Shown here: piece by piece, positions 29,036 to 43,623 of the stretch
Numbering within the stretch: position 1 is the stretch's first letter
Layout of the letters: the number at the start of each line of letters is the position of its first letter
Assembly (NCBI GenBank): GCA_964016885.1
Contig: OZ024745.1
Span: forward strand, 108,996,001-109,060,000
Direction of reading: 5' to 3'
Source: Eledone cirrhosa
Lineage: Eukaryota
Length of the DNA stretch: 64,000 nt
The notes under the pieces: generated by a model
What the model was told of the DNA's origin: nothing
Database searches by the model: none
What the model saw: only the letters and a program-made list of their open reading frames with translations
Made by a program: the position numbers and the translations under genes

Positions 29036-29794
29036 CTGAATAGAAATCTCAACATATATGGAATTTCACTATAAATCAAACGAGATAGTGAAGAGAGAAA
29101 TTTCATTAGAAGTTATAATGTGCAGTCGTGGCGCAAAGATATTTTATCATAACTTTTCTTTTATATAATAATCACATGGTCTTTAAAGACAAGAGATAAA
29201 AAGAGATATCACTCGAGATAAAGATATCCCTAGAGAGGAAAAAAGAGAAGATTGTTATGACAGACAAAAAGAGAGAGAAAGGGGAAAACAAAGCAGAGAA
29301 ACTATAATATGGTGTTTTAAAATAAACATTATCGAAATACGAGTCCATGAATGTATAATGGATTTGAATTTGCGCACAAGACAAGCAATTTGGCGAGAAT
29401 GAAATGCAAAGTTGATTTCAGTAAAATTTGAATATAGAACTTAAAGCATCAGAACAAATACCACGAAGCATTTTGTTCGATGCTCTAACGATTCTGCTAA
29501 ACTGCTATAATTAGTCAGCGAATGTCGAATACGAACGACAATGGTAGGAAGCTAAATAAAAAGAAATAAAGCTATAAAGACACAAATTAAAACTATGGAT
29601 TCGGCGATCATGTCTTGGAAGAAAAATATACATTTGCCTGAACATAGCTGCGTATCCTTGTTTGTAATAGAAGAGCCGGTTATAGTCCCATGGAGAATGG
29701 TTTTGATCATTGTATAGGAAAACAAGTCGGCAGGAATATAGGTGTCTCTCTCTCCCGCTCTCTCCCCACTCTTTCTCTCCCCCTCTCTCCCCCC

Positions 29795-29871
<77 letters not shown>

Positions 29872-30792
29872 CCTCTGTGTATGCGTGTGTTTTCTACTCT
29901 AACATTACGTCGAACCAACTTTTGTGAAAGAAATTGGGTAAACGAAAACTACGCAGTAACCCATCGGATGGGCTGTAGGTGTTTTTGTCTTCGCCAGGTT
30001 TAACACCAGTACCACTTGGCTCTTTTGGTGTCTCTGGTGGGGGTCCACTTTTTAGAAAGTATTCAAACTAGGGCACTCGTCTAAGGTCAAGCGATGAGCT
30101 ATGGTTTCTATCGCAAGCTTAGAAAATAGACCATGGAGTTGAGCTTCCCGATCTGAAAAGGTCACAAAAATGCATGTAATTAAGATAACATTGTAACTAA
30201 AGCCAATTTTAGACAAGGAATAATCCTTGTACAATGTTGTGAGACAAGGAATATTTAAATTAGAACCGAATATCAGCCATTTACTAAGAGATGAATTAGT
30301 AAATTAGAACAATTATTGTTCAAATGTTGGTAGTATTAGAACGATTATTAAAGCAAAGGGCGGTAGATTGGTAGTATCGGTAGAGAGTCGGAAATATGCT
30401 TTATGAGATAGAGTTACGGCCCTTTGCGCTCTGAGTTTAAATCTCGCAGAGGTAAGTTGTGCCTTTAATCCTTCGAGAAAATAAAGCGCCGGTAACACAC
30501 AGCGGTCGATTTAATCGACTTTCCTCAAATTGCTGGCCTTGTGTCAAATGTAGAAACAATTATTAAAGAATAGAAAGTAATAATTGCACCAGGAATATAC
30601 AATTTATGAAGATAACAAGAGTATTCTAGATTCAGATATCTTTTTATTTAAAGAAAAAAGCAACTTGAAATTATGATGAAAAATGACGATTTGACGATAA
30701 ATTACTTCACAATGAAATACTTTATCGTCGAAAACTCTTGCTCCAAAAGCAGGTTACAAAGTATTAAATATTAAATTTCCCGAAGATGACTG

Positions 30793-30847
<55 letters not shown>

Positions 30848-30900
30848 AATATATATATGTGTGTGTGTATGTATGTATATATATATATATATATACATAC

Positions 30901-30974
<74 letters not shown>

Positions 30975-30997
30975 GTGTGTGTACACACATACATATG

Positions 30998-31044
<47 letters not shown>

Positions 31045-31119
31045 ATATTTAGTTACTTAGTATACGAACAAAATAATTTTACCAGAAACTAGATTCTTTG
31101 GTTAATATCTTTTTACCAA

Positions 31120-31560
31120 ACTTTCCCACCTGTTAATCAAATATTCTGTACTGACTGCAATATTGATAACTTTCAGTTTCAATCAGCCGAGAGCATAATA
31201 TACTGTGGAAATTTCATTGTAATTGATCTTCAGTTCAGTAAACAGCATCTACTGAAGTAGGGTGCATCAGTATGGCGTTGGCCGTGATGGATAAATCAAA
31301 ACGAAATAACTACAGCACTACTAATAGTGAATTAATGTCGTTACGGGCACTAAAAGAAACTTAAACTTATAGATTCAGAAAGTATTTACTTTTCTATGTA
31401 AATCAATTGCTAATTACATTGGAACAGAATATCATTAAGCCTATGATATAAACTAATTTTGCTTGAGCTGCCTCTTCGTATTGCTTACCAAAATCATTGT
31501 TCCTCTCACTTGGGGATACCACAGCTTGTGGCAAAGCTACTGAAAAATCAAACGTCTGTA
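31120..31560 (-). pseudogene. Highly decayed reverse transcriptase remnant (LINE)
   Basis: Frameshifted remnants in RT order: GIPQ, then DAV..TEDQLQ, then LKVINIAVSTEYL. Confidence 0.3.
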
Positions 31561-32140
31561 TTACAAAGCGATATTGAATATTAACCAGAGTTCTGTGACA
31601 TTAAACCTTAACACAATTGACGTGGACATGAGCTTTGCCGTCTTATAATCTTCAATAGTCTTCAGGCACTTACACTTTTTGCTTACATTTTCGAAACCTC
31701 ACTGGACATTGTTGCCTGTAGCTAATACTGAGGAACAACTGAGTTATTCTTAGACAGTCATTTTCTGACTCCACCCAATGGATTTTTCCCTGATTCAATA
31801 AATTAATTCCTCGTTCCTGAGATTCACCAGGAATAATCAGAAAGTAACGTAAGTAAAGAGATATTGATAATATGGTTCTAGACCTGATATATTCGAAAAT
31901 AGAAGATAACATTCTTGGAATTTTCCTTCATATCATTGGTTGCATCATAAATTATAAGCCTGTTTTTCTTATCCTTTATTTAGGTTATTTTCACTAGGTT
32001 TTTCTTTAGAAAAAAAAACAAAAAAAAAACACTGGTTAAATTCAGCAATAATCCTGCTCGAAGTTTTAAATCAGTAAATGATATGACACTTTGCTCAACT
32101 AGTTCTCTAATGTAGAAGAGATACAGAAGTTGGATCATAA

Positions 32141-32214
<74 letters not shown>

Positions 32215-33331
32215 TGTTTCTACTTTTGGCACAAGGCCAGCAATTATATCAGTACATTACTGGTACTTTATTTTATCGACCCCGTAAGGATGAAAGGCAA
32301 AGTTAACCCCGGCGGGGTTTGAACTCAGACTGTAAAGGGACGTAACTATGCTAGAAAGTATGGCGTCCAACCCTCTACCGATACTGCCAATTATATATAT
32401 ACATATATATTAAGCTCATGACATCTGTATTTACTTTAATTTCCACAAAGGTTCTCTATCAGATCGATATTGTTGGTCTAAAAACGAGAGTCCCAGGTAA
32501 TGGGCTGAGATTCATAAGTGAAAGGGGCGACAACTGTGCTTCAATGAACACGGCCAGTAAAACACGAATTAAGATTTTAAAGAATCTGATTAAAATATCA
32601 CAATCTATACAAACCTGGATAGTAAATTTTTTCGTTACGATACTAAAGCTAAACAGTAAAATGTCAGTCTTTATATAAGAAATCCATTCACCTGTAGTCG
32701 GTCATAGAGAATATTAAATACTGCATTAGTAAACATACAACTAATTTATCATCGGACGGATGATAGGTGTGGTAATGCTGCCTCATACTATTATAAAACT
32801 TTTCTGGATATAAGTGCCTTTAACACCAAAATGAAATAGTTGTATAAAAGTGTTGTCAGTACCACTGCATCTTTCGTCTTCAGGGATACACCGCTGAAAT
32901 CTCACAGACGATCTCCTCATCCAGGGATGCAGAGCTACTCGTTGACTTTGCCTTTCATCCTTACGGGGTCGATAAAATAAAGTACCAGTAATGAACTGGG
33001 TATTTGCTGGCATTGTGCCAAAACGTAGACTCACCTTATTAATATTGTGGTCATTTGGGTTGGGGAATTCAATATGACAGATTGTGTGACAAGGTTGACA
33101 CCTGGAATTACTGGTACAATTCATTTTTGTCAGCTGAATTGAGTGGAGCAACATGAAATAAAATGTCTCGATCAAGAACATATTGCGTCACCAGTCCCGA
33201 GAATTGATATACATTGATATACACACACGAATATATACATATATATAATTATTTTATTTGATGAACGAGCTTGACGTCTAGTTTCTTAAAACATTTGGTA
33301 ATGGAATAATTATATTGTGTTGTTTGTTATG

Positions 33332-33468
<137 letters not shown>

Positions 33469-33543
33469 GACAAGCAAGAAACAGACAGAGATACATACGC
33501 ACACTTTTATATATATATAAATATGTGTGTGGATGTGTATAGT

Positions 33544-33598
<55 letters not shown>

Positions 33599-34134
33599 AG
33601 AGAGAGAGAGAGCAAGACAGAGTGATGAGAAAAAAGGAAAGAGAGGGTGAGGAGAAAGTGTATAAAGAAATGCAATTTCAAAAATAGCATCTAAACTTAA
33701 AAGTCCATTTACAAAAATGCGAATACAATATATGTTCAGCATGATATATTGGTTCCATTTTTGTGTAAGAATTACAAGAAATCCTCTACTGTTTCCTATT
33801 TTTCTTTTATCCATTTTTTTTTCTTTTGTCGATGTCAGAAGGAATTCTACAACCATTAGCTAAGCCAAAATATATCCAAAGTCATACAATACATTCTTAA
33901 TCCTAAGCTAGAGGCAGAGAAACTGTTTGTGATTATTATTTTTATTTTATTTATATGCATGTTTGTTTGTTGTTGGTGATTTTCTTTTTTCTACCAAAAT
34001 TGGATAAGTCAGATAATTGGAAACAAAAGCCTTTCTGAAATGCTTTTGTCTCCCTATTTCATTCTATTTCATTTTATTCCATTCTGTGACATTCTACTTT
34101 ACTTGTAGTTTACGGAAACCTATTTTGGTATTTG

Positions 34135-34445
34135 TGTGGCTTAGTGGTTAAGGTATTTAGCTCACGATCGTAACGTCGTGAGATCAATTTTCAGACCGGG
34201 CGGAGTATTGTGTCCTTGAGCAAGACACGTTATTTCACGTTGCTTGTGGAGATGTGGAAGCGTCTGGCCTAGTGGTAAGTATGTTGGATTTACGATCATA
34301 ATGTCGTGGATTCGAGTCCTGGACTGGGCTGTTTCTTGAACAAAACACTCCATTTCATGTTGCTCCAGTATACTCAGCTGAAAATGATTACTTGCAATAG
34401 CTGGGGGTTTAACTCTACGATGGACTGGGGTCCTGTCCAGGGGTG
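34135..34445 (+). mobile_element. Two copies of tRNA-derived SINE family 2 (CORE/V-like domain)
   Basis: A box tggcttagtggtt, B-box-like gattcgagtcc, and tgtgtccttgagcaagacac. Minus-strand fragments at about 33120, 42520 and 63255. Confidence 0.7.
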
Positions 34446-35026
34446 GTCACAATAAGACGCTTAACATAGCTACTAACATTGCTATCATTATTACTTAGCC
34501 TTTCATCCTTACGGGGTCGATAAAATAAAGTACCAGTAATACACTGGGTAATTGCTGGCCTTGTGCCAAAAAGTCGAAACAATTATTACCATCACCACCA
34601 CCACTATCATCACTACCACCACTGTCACCACTATCACCACCATCATCATTACCACCTCCACCACTACCATCACTATCACCACCACCACCACCATCATCAT
34701 TACCACCACCACCACCACCATCACTATCACCACTACCACCACCATCGTTACTACTACCATTACCACTACTAACATTGATATCCTTATTACAACCACCACC
34801 ACTATCATCACTGCCACTACTGTCGCCACCACCACCACCACCACCACCACCACCACCACCACTACCGCCATCATCATTACCAACACCATCATTACCACCA
34901 CCACAGCCTTCACTGTCATCACTACCACCACCACCACCACCACCACCACCACCACCAACACTACTGTTTTTCCTATGAATAACACTAACTTACTCTGCTT
35001 TGCCTTCTCTCATTAACAATCCTTAC

Positions 35027-35063
35027 ACCAATGCCATAATTTTCTGATCCACTCCATATAATT
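35027..35063 (-). CDS. Candidate 37-nt exon containing an ATG (MEWIRKLWHW, phase 1 end)
   Basis: Acceptor ttgcttatttatag| and donor |GTAAGG; phase-compatible with 29035-28967. Confidence 0.25.
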
Positions 35064-35714
35064 CTATAAATAAGCAATGACGAAAAACAAACAAATATAT
35101 ATATATATATATATAAGGAGAGGAAGACAGATAAAGAAAAAAAAAAAAAAAAATGCAAAAGCAAAAACAATTCCCAGCCCCCATAAAAAGAAAGCATGAA
35201 GATAGAGAACTGCCCTCGGGCAAAAGTTATTTTGCTTCTGAAAACTGTTTATAGTCCAAAAACAAGTTAAGTAAGTAATGCCAAGTGAATTTCTTCCTTT
35301 CGGCATAGATCTTTTATAATGATACATGCATGGGTTTAGAGTCAGTCATCTTTTGCAGAGAAAGCAACCAAGCAACCAGTCACTTAAACAAACCAACTAG
35401 CTAGCTAAACCATTCAACAAACGAAAACTTTATTCAGCTGTTCTCTGATTATACCCAAATCGACCCTAAAACATTGTGTAAAAAGTTGTAGTAACACTGC
35501 TTTTCACATATTTATATGCAATGCTCTGAAATATCCGCTTGCTACCTGAAAATTATATTAAACGCTGAGTGTTTTCTAGAAATTTTATTTATGTTATGAG
35601 AGTGTATGTACGTTTTGCAATATTTTTTAGAGTAATTTTTCCGAGTGTCGCTATAGGGCAAAAGAAGGTAAAAACCAGGCTAACCGAAACTGCCTGGCAA
35701 TTTCAATTCCAAGT

Positions 35715-35790
35715 GGAAGCCATTTTTACTTTATATATGTAAATATTGGCCTTGGGAAACGGCATAGACGTCACAACTTGCCGCCCGCTT
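35715..35790 (-). promoter_or_regulatory. Candidate Pol II promoter
   Basis: On the minus strand, in order: GGGCGG (35786-35781), TGACGTC (35773-35767), CCAAT (35749-35745), TATATAAA (35737-35730), then YY1-like AAAATGGC. Confidence 0.35.
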
Positions 35791-35936
35791 CCTTCCTCTT
35801 GAACAATACGACCTTTCTTTTGCAATGTTAACAAGAAACCAATATTTGTCACAAATGATTAATTTACATAAGGCTTTGTTGACAAATACTGAGTGCAAAG
35901 TTAGGTATAAAGTTATATGCACACACGCATAAATGC

Positions 35937-35969
<33 letters not shown>

Positions 35970-36557
35970 TACACATATTGCGGGAGGAGCTCTACTCGTT
36001 TAGACTAACGCCTGTACTAGTCAGGCAGTTATTTTAGGGAGCCCGGAAGGAGAAAGGGCTACAGTAGAACCTAATGAGATATGAAATCAGAACGATTTCA
36101 TAATAAAAGATTCTGTCATTGTCAAATCTTTTTGCAGATTGATAATTATAAGTAGCAACCATTTCTTGTACAAATAAAAGACTAAACATCTTATGAGAAA
36201 AGAAAATCGATTATACCGACTACATGTGAAGGTAATTCATTTTATCGTCTCCACAAAGATTTAAGGTAAAAATCAACCTCGATGGAATATAAACTCAAAC
36301 CGCAACAACCAGAAGGAAGATCATGAAGAATTTGACTGAGGTCTTAACGATTCAGTCAATCCAACACCCTAACCACTAAGCCACGCATCTTTATTTACTT
36401 TTATTGTAGGAAGTTTTTTTTTATTAAAAAAAAAAGATTTCAATCTGGTTTATCTTCTCCGACACAAACCAACGACTAAAGTTCAGCGTTAATTTTTCAG
36501 TGCAGGTTAATGTTGTGATTATATACCAACCAGAATTTTATAAAATATATCTTAAAT

Positions 36558-36907
36558 CAGGCATGTCAAACATGCAGCCCTTTACAGGCACCCCTGCGGC
36601 CCTTTAGACGCACCCCTGCGGCCCTTTAGAGGCACCCCTGCGGCCCTTTAGAGGCACCCCTGCGGCCCTTTACAGGCACCCCTGCGGCCTGCACAAAGAT
36701 TTTTACAGCGTGAGCATGTTTTATCTTCGTAATATAAAATTTTAAAAAATAGTTGTAATGTGCGCAATTAGTTGTCGTTGTGGCCCTCAGACAACACATA
36801 TGTGACCCATGTGGTCCTCAGACAACACATATGTGACCCATGTGGTCCTCAGACAACACATATGTGACCCATGTGGCACTCGGGCGACCCTCAGTTTGAC
36901 ATGCTTG
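36558..36907. mobile_element. hAT-type MITE with internal tandem repeats
   Basis: TIRs caggcatgtcaaac / gtttgacatgcttg; 8-bp TSD tcttaaat/tcctaaat; internal 22-bp x5 and 31-bp x3 arrays. Confidence 0.9.
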
Positions 36908-36984
36908 TCCTAAATAATGCGAGAAGTCTTGCGATAGAGGAGGAGGTAGTGGTTAAGTGAAGAAGGTTGATATGAACGAGGTAA

Positions 36985-38335
36985 GTGGTGGTGGTGGTGG
37001 TGGTGGTGGTGGTGGTGGTGGTGGTGTTAATGGTGATGGTAGTGGCGGCGGTGGTGGCGGTGGTGGTGGTGGTGGTGGTGGTGTTAATGGTGATGGTAGT
37101 GGCGGCGGCGGTGGCGGTGGTGGTGGTGGTGGTGTTAATGGTGATGGTAGTGGCGGCGGCGGTGGTGGTGGTGGTGGTGGTGGTGGTGGTGAAGGTGGTG
37201 GTACTGGTGGTGATGGTGGTTGTGGTGTTAATGGTGGTGGTGGTGGTGTTAATGGTGGCGCTGTTGCTAATAGTGATGACAGTGGTGTTACTTCTGGTGA
37301 AAGTGATGGCAATGGTGGTGGTGTTGATGGTGATGGAGATGTTTGTAGTGGCGGTGATGGTGATGGTGGTGGTGGTGATGGTGATGGAGATGCTTGTAGT
37401 GGCGGTGGTGGTGGTGTTGATGTTTGTAGTGGTAGTGGCGGTGATGGTGATGGTGGTGGTGTTGATGGTGATGTTTGTAGTGGTACTGGCGGTGATGGTG
37501 ATGGTGGTGGTGATGGTAACAGTGAGAATGATAGCGATGTTGGTGATGGTGTTGGCGATGGTAGTGGTGGTGGTGGTGGTGGTGGTGGTGGTGGTGGAGA
37601 TAGTGATGACGATGATGGAGGAGATAGTGATGATGGTGATGATGATGGTGGTGAAGATGGTGGAGATAGCGGTAATGATGGTGGTGATGGTGGTGAAGGT
37701 GGCGGAGGTAGTGGTGATGATGGTGGTGATAGTGGTGATGGTGGTGGTGATGGTGGTGATGATAGTGGTGATGGTGGTGATGGTGGTGATGGTAGTGGAG
37801 ATAGTGGTGATGGTGGTGGTGAAGGTGGTGGAGGTAGTGGTGATGACAATGATGGTGGTGGTGGTGGTGAAGATGACAATGATGGTGGTGGTGATGGTGG
37901 TGATGGTAGTGATGGTGGTGGTGGTGGTGGAGATAGTGATGACGATGATGGAGGAGATAGTGATGATGGTGATGATGATGGTGGTGAAGGTGGTGGAGAT
38001 AGCGGTGATGGTGGCGATGGTGGTGAGGGTGGCGGAGGTAGTGGTGATGATGGTGGTGATGGTGGTGAAGGTGGCGGAGGTAGTGGTGATGGTGATGATG
38101 GTAGTGAAGGTGGTGGAGGTAGTGGTGATGATGATGGTGGTGGTGGTGGTGGCAAAGGTGGTGGAGATAGTGGTGATGATGATGGTGGTGGAGATAGTGG
38201 TGGAGATAGTGGTAATGATGGTGGTGATGGTGGTGGCGCAAGTGGTGGAGATAGTGGTAATGATGGTGGTGATGATGGTGGCAAAGGTGGTGGAGATAGT
38301 GGTGCTGACGATGGTAATAGCAAGAATGATAGTAT
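36985..38335. repeat. Degenerate GGT/GAT array with internal higher-order duplications
   Basis: Direct reading; the block ggagatagtgatgacgatgatggaggagatagtg occurs at about 37596 and 37929. Confidence 0.9.
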
Positions 38336-38772
38336 GTGAGTGATGATGGCAATAGAGATTATTATTGGTGGTTCTGGTTTTGATAGTACTGTTGATAGTG
38401 ACACTGATTATCTTGATGGTGTTACCTCTGCAGGTGGTAATGGTATCTATGGTCAGAGGTGTACCTCTAGGTGTTGGAAGGTGAATGTAAACTCAGAGCA
38501 AAGAAAGAATTTGGTCTTTAGGAAGTGGAAAATGGATGATAACATAGATTCCTCCTGTTTACTACTGTTTAATTTAACAATCTGCCTGATCAAATATTGG
38601 TTATTGATCACAATGTATTGATTATCTCAAACACACCTTCTCTTTCAGTCATCTCTTCCACATTGATTCTTACTTTACATTCTTTCTTTATCATTTCTTC
38701 TTAGTTTTGACTTTTCTAAGTTTTTTTTTTTTTTTTTTTTTTTTGCCGTCTTTCTTCTTCCGTTATTTAATT

Positions 38773-38865
<93 letters not shown>

Positions 38866-38915
38866 TATGTATATATATATATATGTGTGTGTATATATAT
38901 ATATGTATATGTATA

Positions 38916-38962
<47 letters not shown>

Positions 38963-39031
38963 TTATATAAATATATATGTATATGTATATATGTATATAT
39001 ATATATATGTATATGTATATATATATATATG

Positions 39032-39126
<95 letters not shown>

Positions 39127-39165
39127 GTATATATATATATGTATATATATATGTATATATATATG

Positions 39166-39216
<51 letters not shown>

Positions 39217-39217
39217 G

Positions 39218-39272
<55 letters not shown>

Positions 39273-39301
39273 GTATATATATATGTATATATATATATAT
39301 G

Positions 39302-39347
<46 letters not shown>

Positions 39348-39400
39348 GTATATATATATATGTATATATATATGTATACATATATATGTATATATATATG

Positions 39401-39458
<58 letters not shown>

Positions 39459-39487
39459 GTATATATATATATGTATACATATATATG

Positions 39488-39536
<49 letters not shown>

Positions 39537-39567
39537 GTATATATATATATGTATATATATATATATG

Positions 39568-39618
<51 letters not shown>

Positions 39619-39647
39619 GTATATATATATACATATATATATATATA

Positions 39648-40500
39648 CAAATTCGAACTGATCCACTTTGGAAAAGAGGATGCTCTGAAACTCCCGTACT
39701 CCCTTCCCTCCGGGGAAACTCTCGTGGCATCTAACAACATCAGAGACTTGGGAGTAACCGTGGACAGCAACATAAGCTGGACCACGCATATAAGCAGCAA
39801 AGTTGACATGGCCCGCAGAATGTGTTCCTGGATCCTCAGAACCTTCCAGTCGAGAGATTCCCGCACCATTATCCTTCTCTTCTCTACTTTTGCCCGACCA
39901 CACCTTGAATACTGTTGTCCACTGTGGTCTCCCCACACGAAACAAAGTATCATGAAACTTGAAGCTCCTCAAAGGGCAATCACGAAAAAGATAGATGGCA
40001 TGTCAGACCTTGACTACTGGGGTCGATTAGAAAACCTGAAACTTTACTCACTCCAACGTCGCCGTGAGCGTTATATTATCTGCATGATGTGGAAAATGTT
40101 CCATCATCACTGCCCAAATGATGTTGGCATCGCCTTCAAGATACACCCAAGGCTTGGGCCCCGTGCTATCCGTCCCATTCAAAAATCTAAATCGCAACTC
40201 ATAACAACAATACGGCACAATTATTTCACCTCAATCGGCCCTGCTCTCTTCAACATCACACCAGGACACGTCAAAACAGAAACTGACCACACAAAATTCA
40301 AGAAGTCTTTGGACAAATTCCTCCAAGTAATCCCGGACAAACCACCCACACCCGGATATGTCTCCGCAAACAGTAATTCTCTTCTCGAATGGGCCATGGT
40401 GCCCAAATCCTGAATTGAAAGACTTCGCCAGGTGGTGCTATTAAGTTAGACATGGCCTGGGCCAATACTGGCCAAAACATTTCAAAGTTATTCAAAGTTA
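39648..40500 (+). mobile_element. 5'-truncated CR1-group LINE (RT thumb/C-terminus plus 3' UTR) inserted in a long (TA)n array
   Basis: About 255 uninterrupted codons: KFELIHFG...[17 protein letters not shown]...[14 protein letters not shown]...[12 protein letters not shown]...FKKSLDKFL...stop at 40413. The 3' UTR ends in (ttcaaagtta)x2. Confidence 0.92.
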
Positions 40501-40552
40501 TATATATATGTATATATATATATGTATATATATATATATGTATATATATAGG

Positions 40553-40781
<229 letters not shown>

Positions 40782-40823
40782 GTATATATATATATATACA
40801 TATATATATGTATATATATATAC

Positions 40824-41036
<213 letters not shown>

Positions 41037-41037
41037 C

Positions 41038-41077
<40 letters not shown>

Positions 41078-41159
41078 GTATATATATATATGTAATTCCG
41101 TCGAGGTCAACTTTACCTTTCATTCTTCCAGAGTCGATAAAACAAAATTGCTGCTCTTT

Positions 41160-41882
<723 letters not shown>

Positions 41883-42620
41883 CCATGTACCGACGCCTCA
41901 CCTGTTGCAGCAATGGTATGTAGGTGTGATAGCTGGAGACAATGCCTCCTGGTTGACCAGAGACCATTTATACCATAATCAATTTAGGCAGCACACAATG
42001 TGTCAGAGTCTTCGATCAACGATGACAATAAAATAATTCACAAATTAACAAACCTTTTGTCTGTTGATTGGGTGTTGTCTGTGGTTAATTATTAGTACAT
42101 ATGTTTGTGTATGTGTGTATGTACACGTGAATGTGTATGTATGCAGGTATAGATGTATGTATGTATGTATGTATGTATGTATACATGAAGGCACCTGTGT
42201 GCATATTGGCACGGGTCGATATATGCATACTCGTGTTTCTGTGGGATCGATATATGCATTCACATGTATCTATGGGATACATACATTCTGTGGGATCGAT
42301 ATATGCATACACATGTATCTATGGGTAACAAATATATGGGTATGTAATGATGTGTATATATGTATGAATGTACACACACAAATACACACATATATATATA
42401 TATACACACATATATAAAATATAAATATATATATATACATATATACATATACATATATCGACAGTCGATAACAATGTTTTCATTGGTCTTTGCAATTGCT
42501 ATTACTATCTATCGGTCGCAACAAAGTGAAATAAAGTGTCTTGCTCAAGGACATAACGCATCATCTGGTCCGGGAATCGAACTCACAATTTCATGATTAT
42601 ATATATATATATATAATATA

Positions 42621-42906
42621 TAAGATCAAAAGATGGTTAAATGAGTTCCACGTATTTTATTATGTTGATTTAAAACTGCACTATCCACAAGTGTTTTTAA
42701 CCTTCATATCATGTCCTCATATTTTATCTGATGAAAACACAAATGTTATTGCATGATGATATTTGTTTTTGAAATGCGCATAATAAAATACATGGAACTC
42801 ATTTAACCATCTTTTGATATTATGTATACTCCAGTCCTACAAACTGTAGAGTGCTTCTTATCCGATATCTGCATTGCTTTATTGTACTACAATAAAACTC
42901 ACCTCC

Positions 42907-42910
<4 letters not shown>
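42621..42910 (+). mobile_element. TA-embedded fold-back element family D, copy 1 (hammerhead-bearing)
   Basis: Inverted repeat 42621-42664 / 42779-42822; tail ends ctcacctcctaca; same two termini as 53098-53295. Confidence 0.8.
42720..42790 (+). ncRNA. Type I hammerhead ribozyme motif
   Basis: tattttat-CTGATGA-[aaac acaaatgttat tgcatg atgatatttgt tttt]-GAAA-tgcgca-TA-ataaaata: 8-bp stem I, long stem II, palindromic stem III. Confidence 0.85.
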
Positions 42911-42944
<34 letters not shown>

Positions 42945-42984
42945 TACATACATATATATATATATATCCATACATACACACACA

Positions 42985-43042
<58 letters not shown>

Positions 43043-43045
<3 letters not shown>

Positions 43046-43228
43046 CAAAGGAATTGTGGTAAGGAACCAGATGGACCATAACGCACCAGAGTACACAATA
43101 CTTAGGGTAATAGAGTGGGAAATAGGAAAAAGTATGGACCCCGACGGGAGAGCTGAAGCCGTTTCGACGGCTATTTCAGAAAAAGCCGTCGAAACGGCTT
43201 GAGCCCTGCCGCCGGGGTCATACTTTTT

Positions 43229-43230
<2 letters not shown>
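43043..43230 (-). mobile_element. TA-embedded fold-back element family B, copy 1
   Basis: Palindrome ggaaaaagtatg...gccgtttcgacggctatttc / gaaaaagccgtcgaaacggc...catactttttcc plus an 80-bp tail. Homologs at 53676, 58091 and 50345. Confidence 0.75.
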
Positions 43231-43279
<49 letters not shown>

Positions 43280-43282
<3 letters not shown>

Positions 43283-43577
43283 GATAAATCTACCAAGAGT
43301 TTACGGTAGTGTCCAATCCGTATGAAGAACTCAATGTAATCCGGATATCATGGAAAGAAGAGATGCAATGAAAAATCACTTTCGGTGAAAGATAAACGGA
43401 ATACAGAGTCAAGATAAAATATTAAAAAAATAATGAATAAAACAATGAAACAGTTCCTTATATTAAACAAAAAAAGTTCATATGAACAAAAAGTTCATAT
43501 GAACAAAAAAAGTTCATAATGAACTTTTTTTGTTTAATATAAGGAACTGTTTCATTGTTTTATTCATTATTTTTTTA

Positions 43578-43585
<8 letters not shown>
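43280..43585 (-). mobile_element. Fold-back element family A, copy 2
   Basis: Reverse complement of the 22223 copy. The palindrome centre contains a reiterated gttcatatgaac unit. Confidence 0.75.

Positions 43586-43623
<38 letters not shown>

Noticed and set aside
36953-38404. Long Pro/Ser-, Gly/Asp-, Val/Met- and His-rich ORFs (also at 6423, 8048, 15065, 26308, 34509 and 40452)
   Set aside because: Open in several frames and on both strands because the underlying simple repeats lack stop codons; no splice or domain evidence.
38977-39647. N-terminal YI-repeat part of the 478-aa ORF
   Set aside because: Read-through of (TA)n in frame with the truncated LINE; not a real protein extension.
43317-43401. 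Hammerhead-like tccgt-ATGAAGA...GAAA-gata-a-acgga in family A
   Set aside because: The core starts AUGA, stem III cannot pair, and stem II is poor; the motif is not well kept in copy 3.
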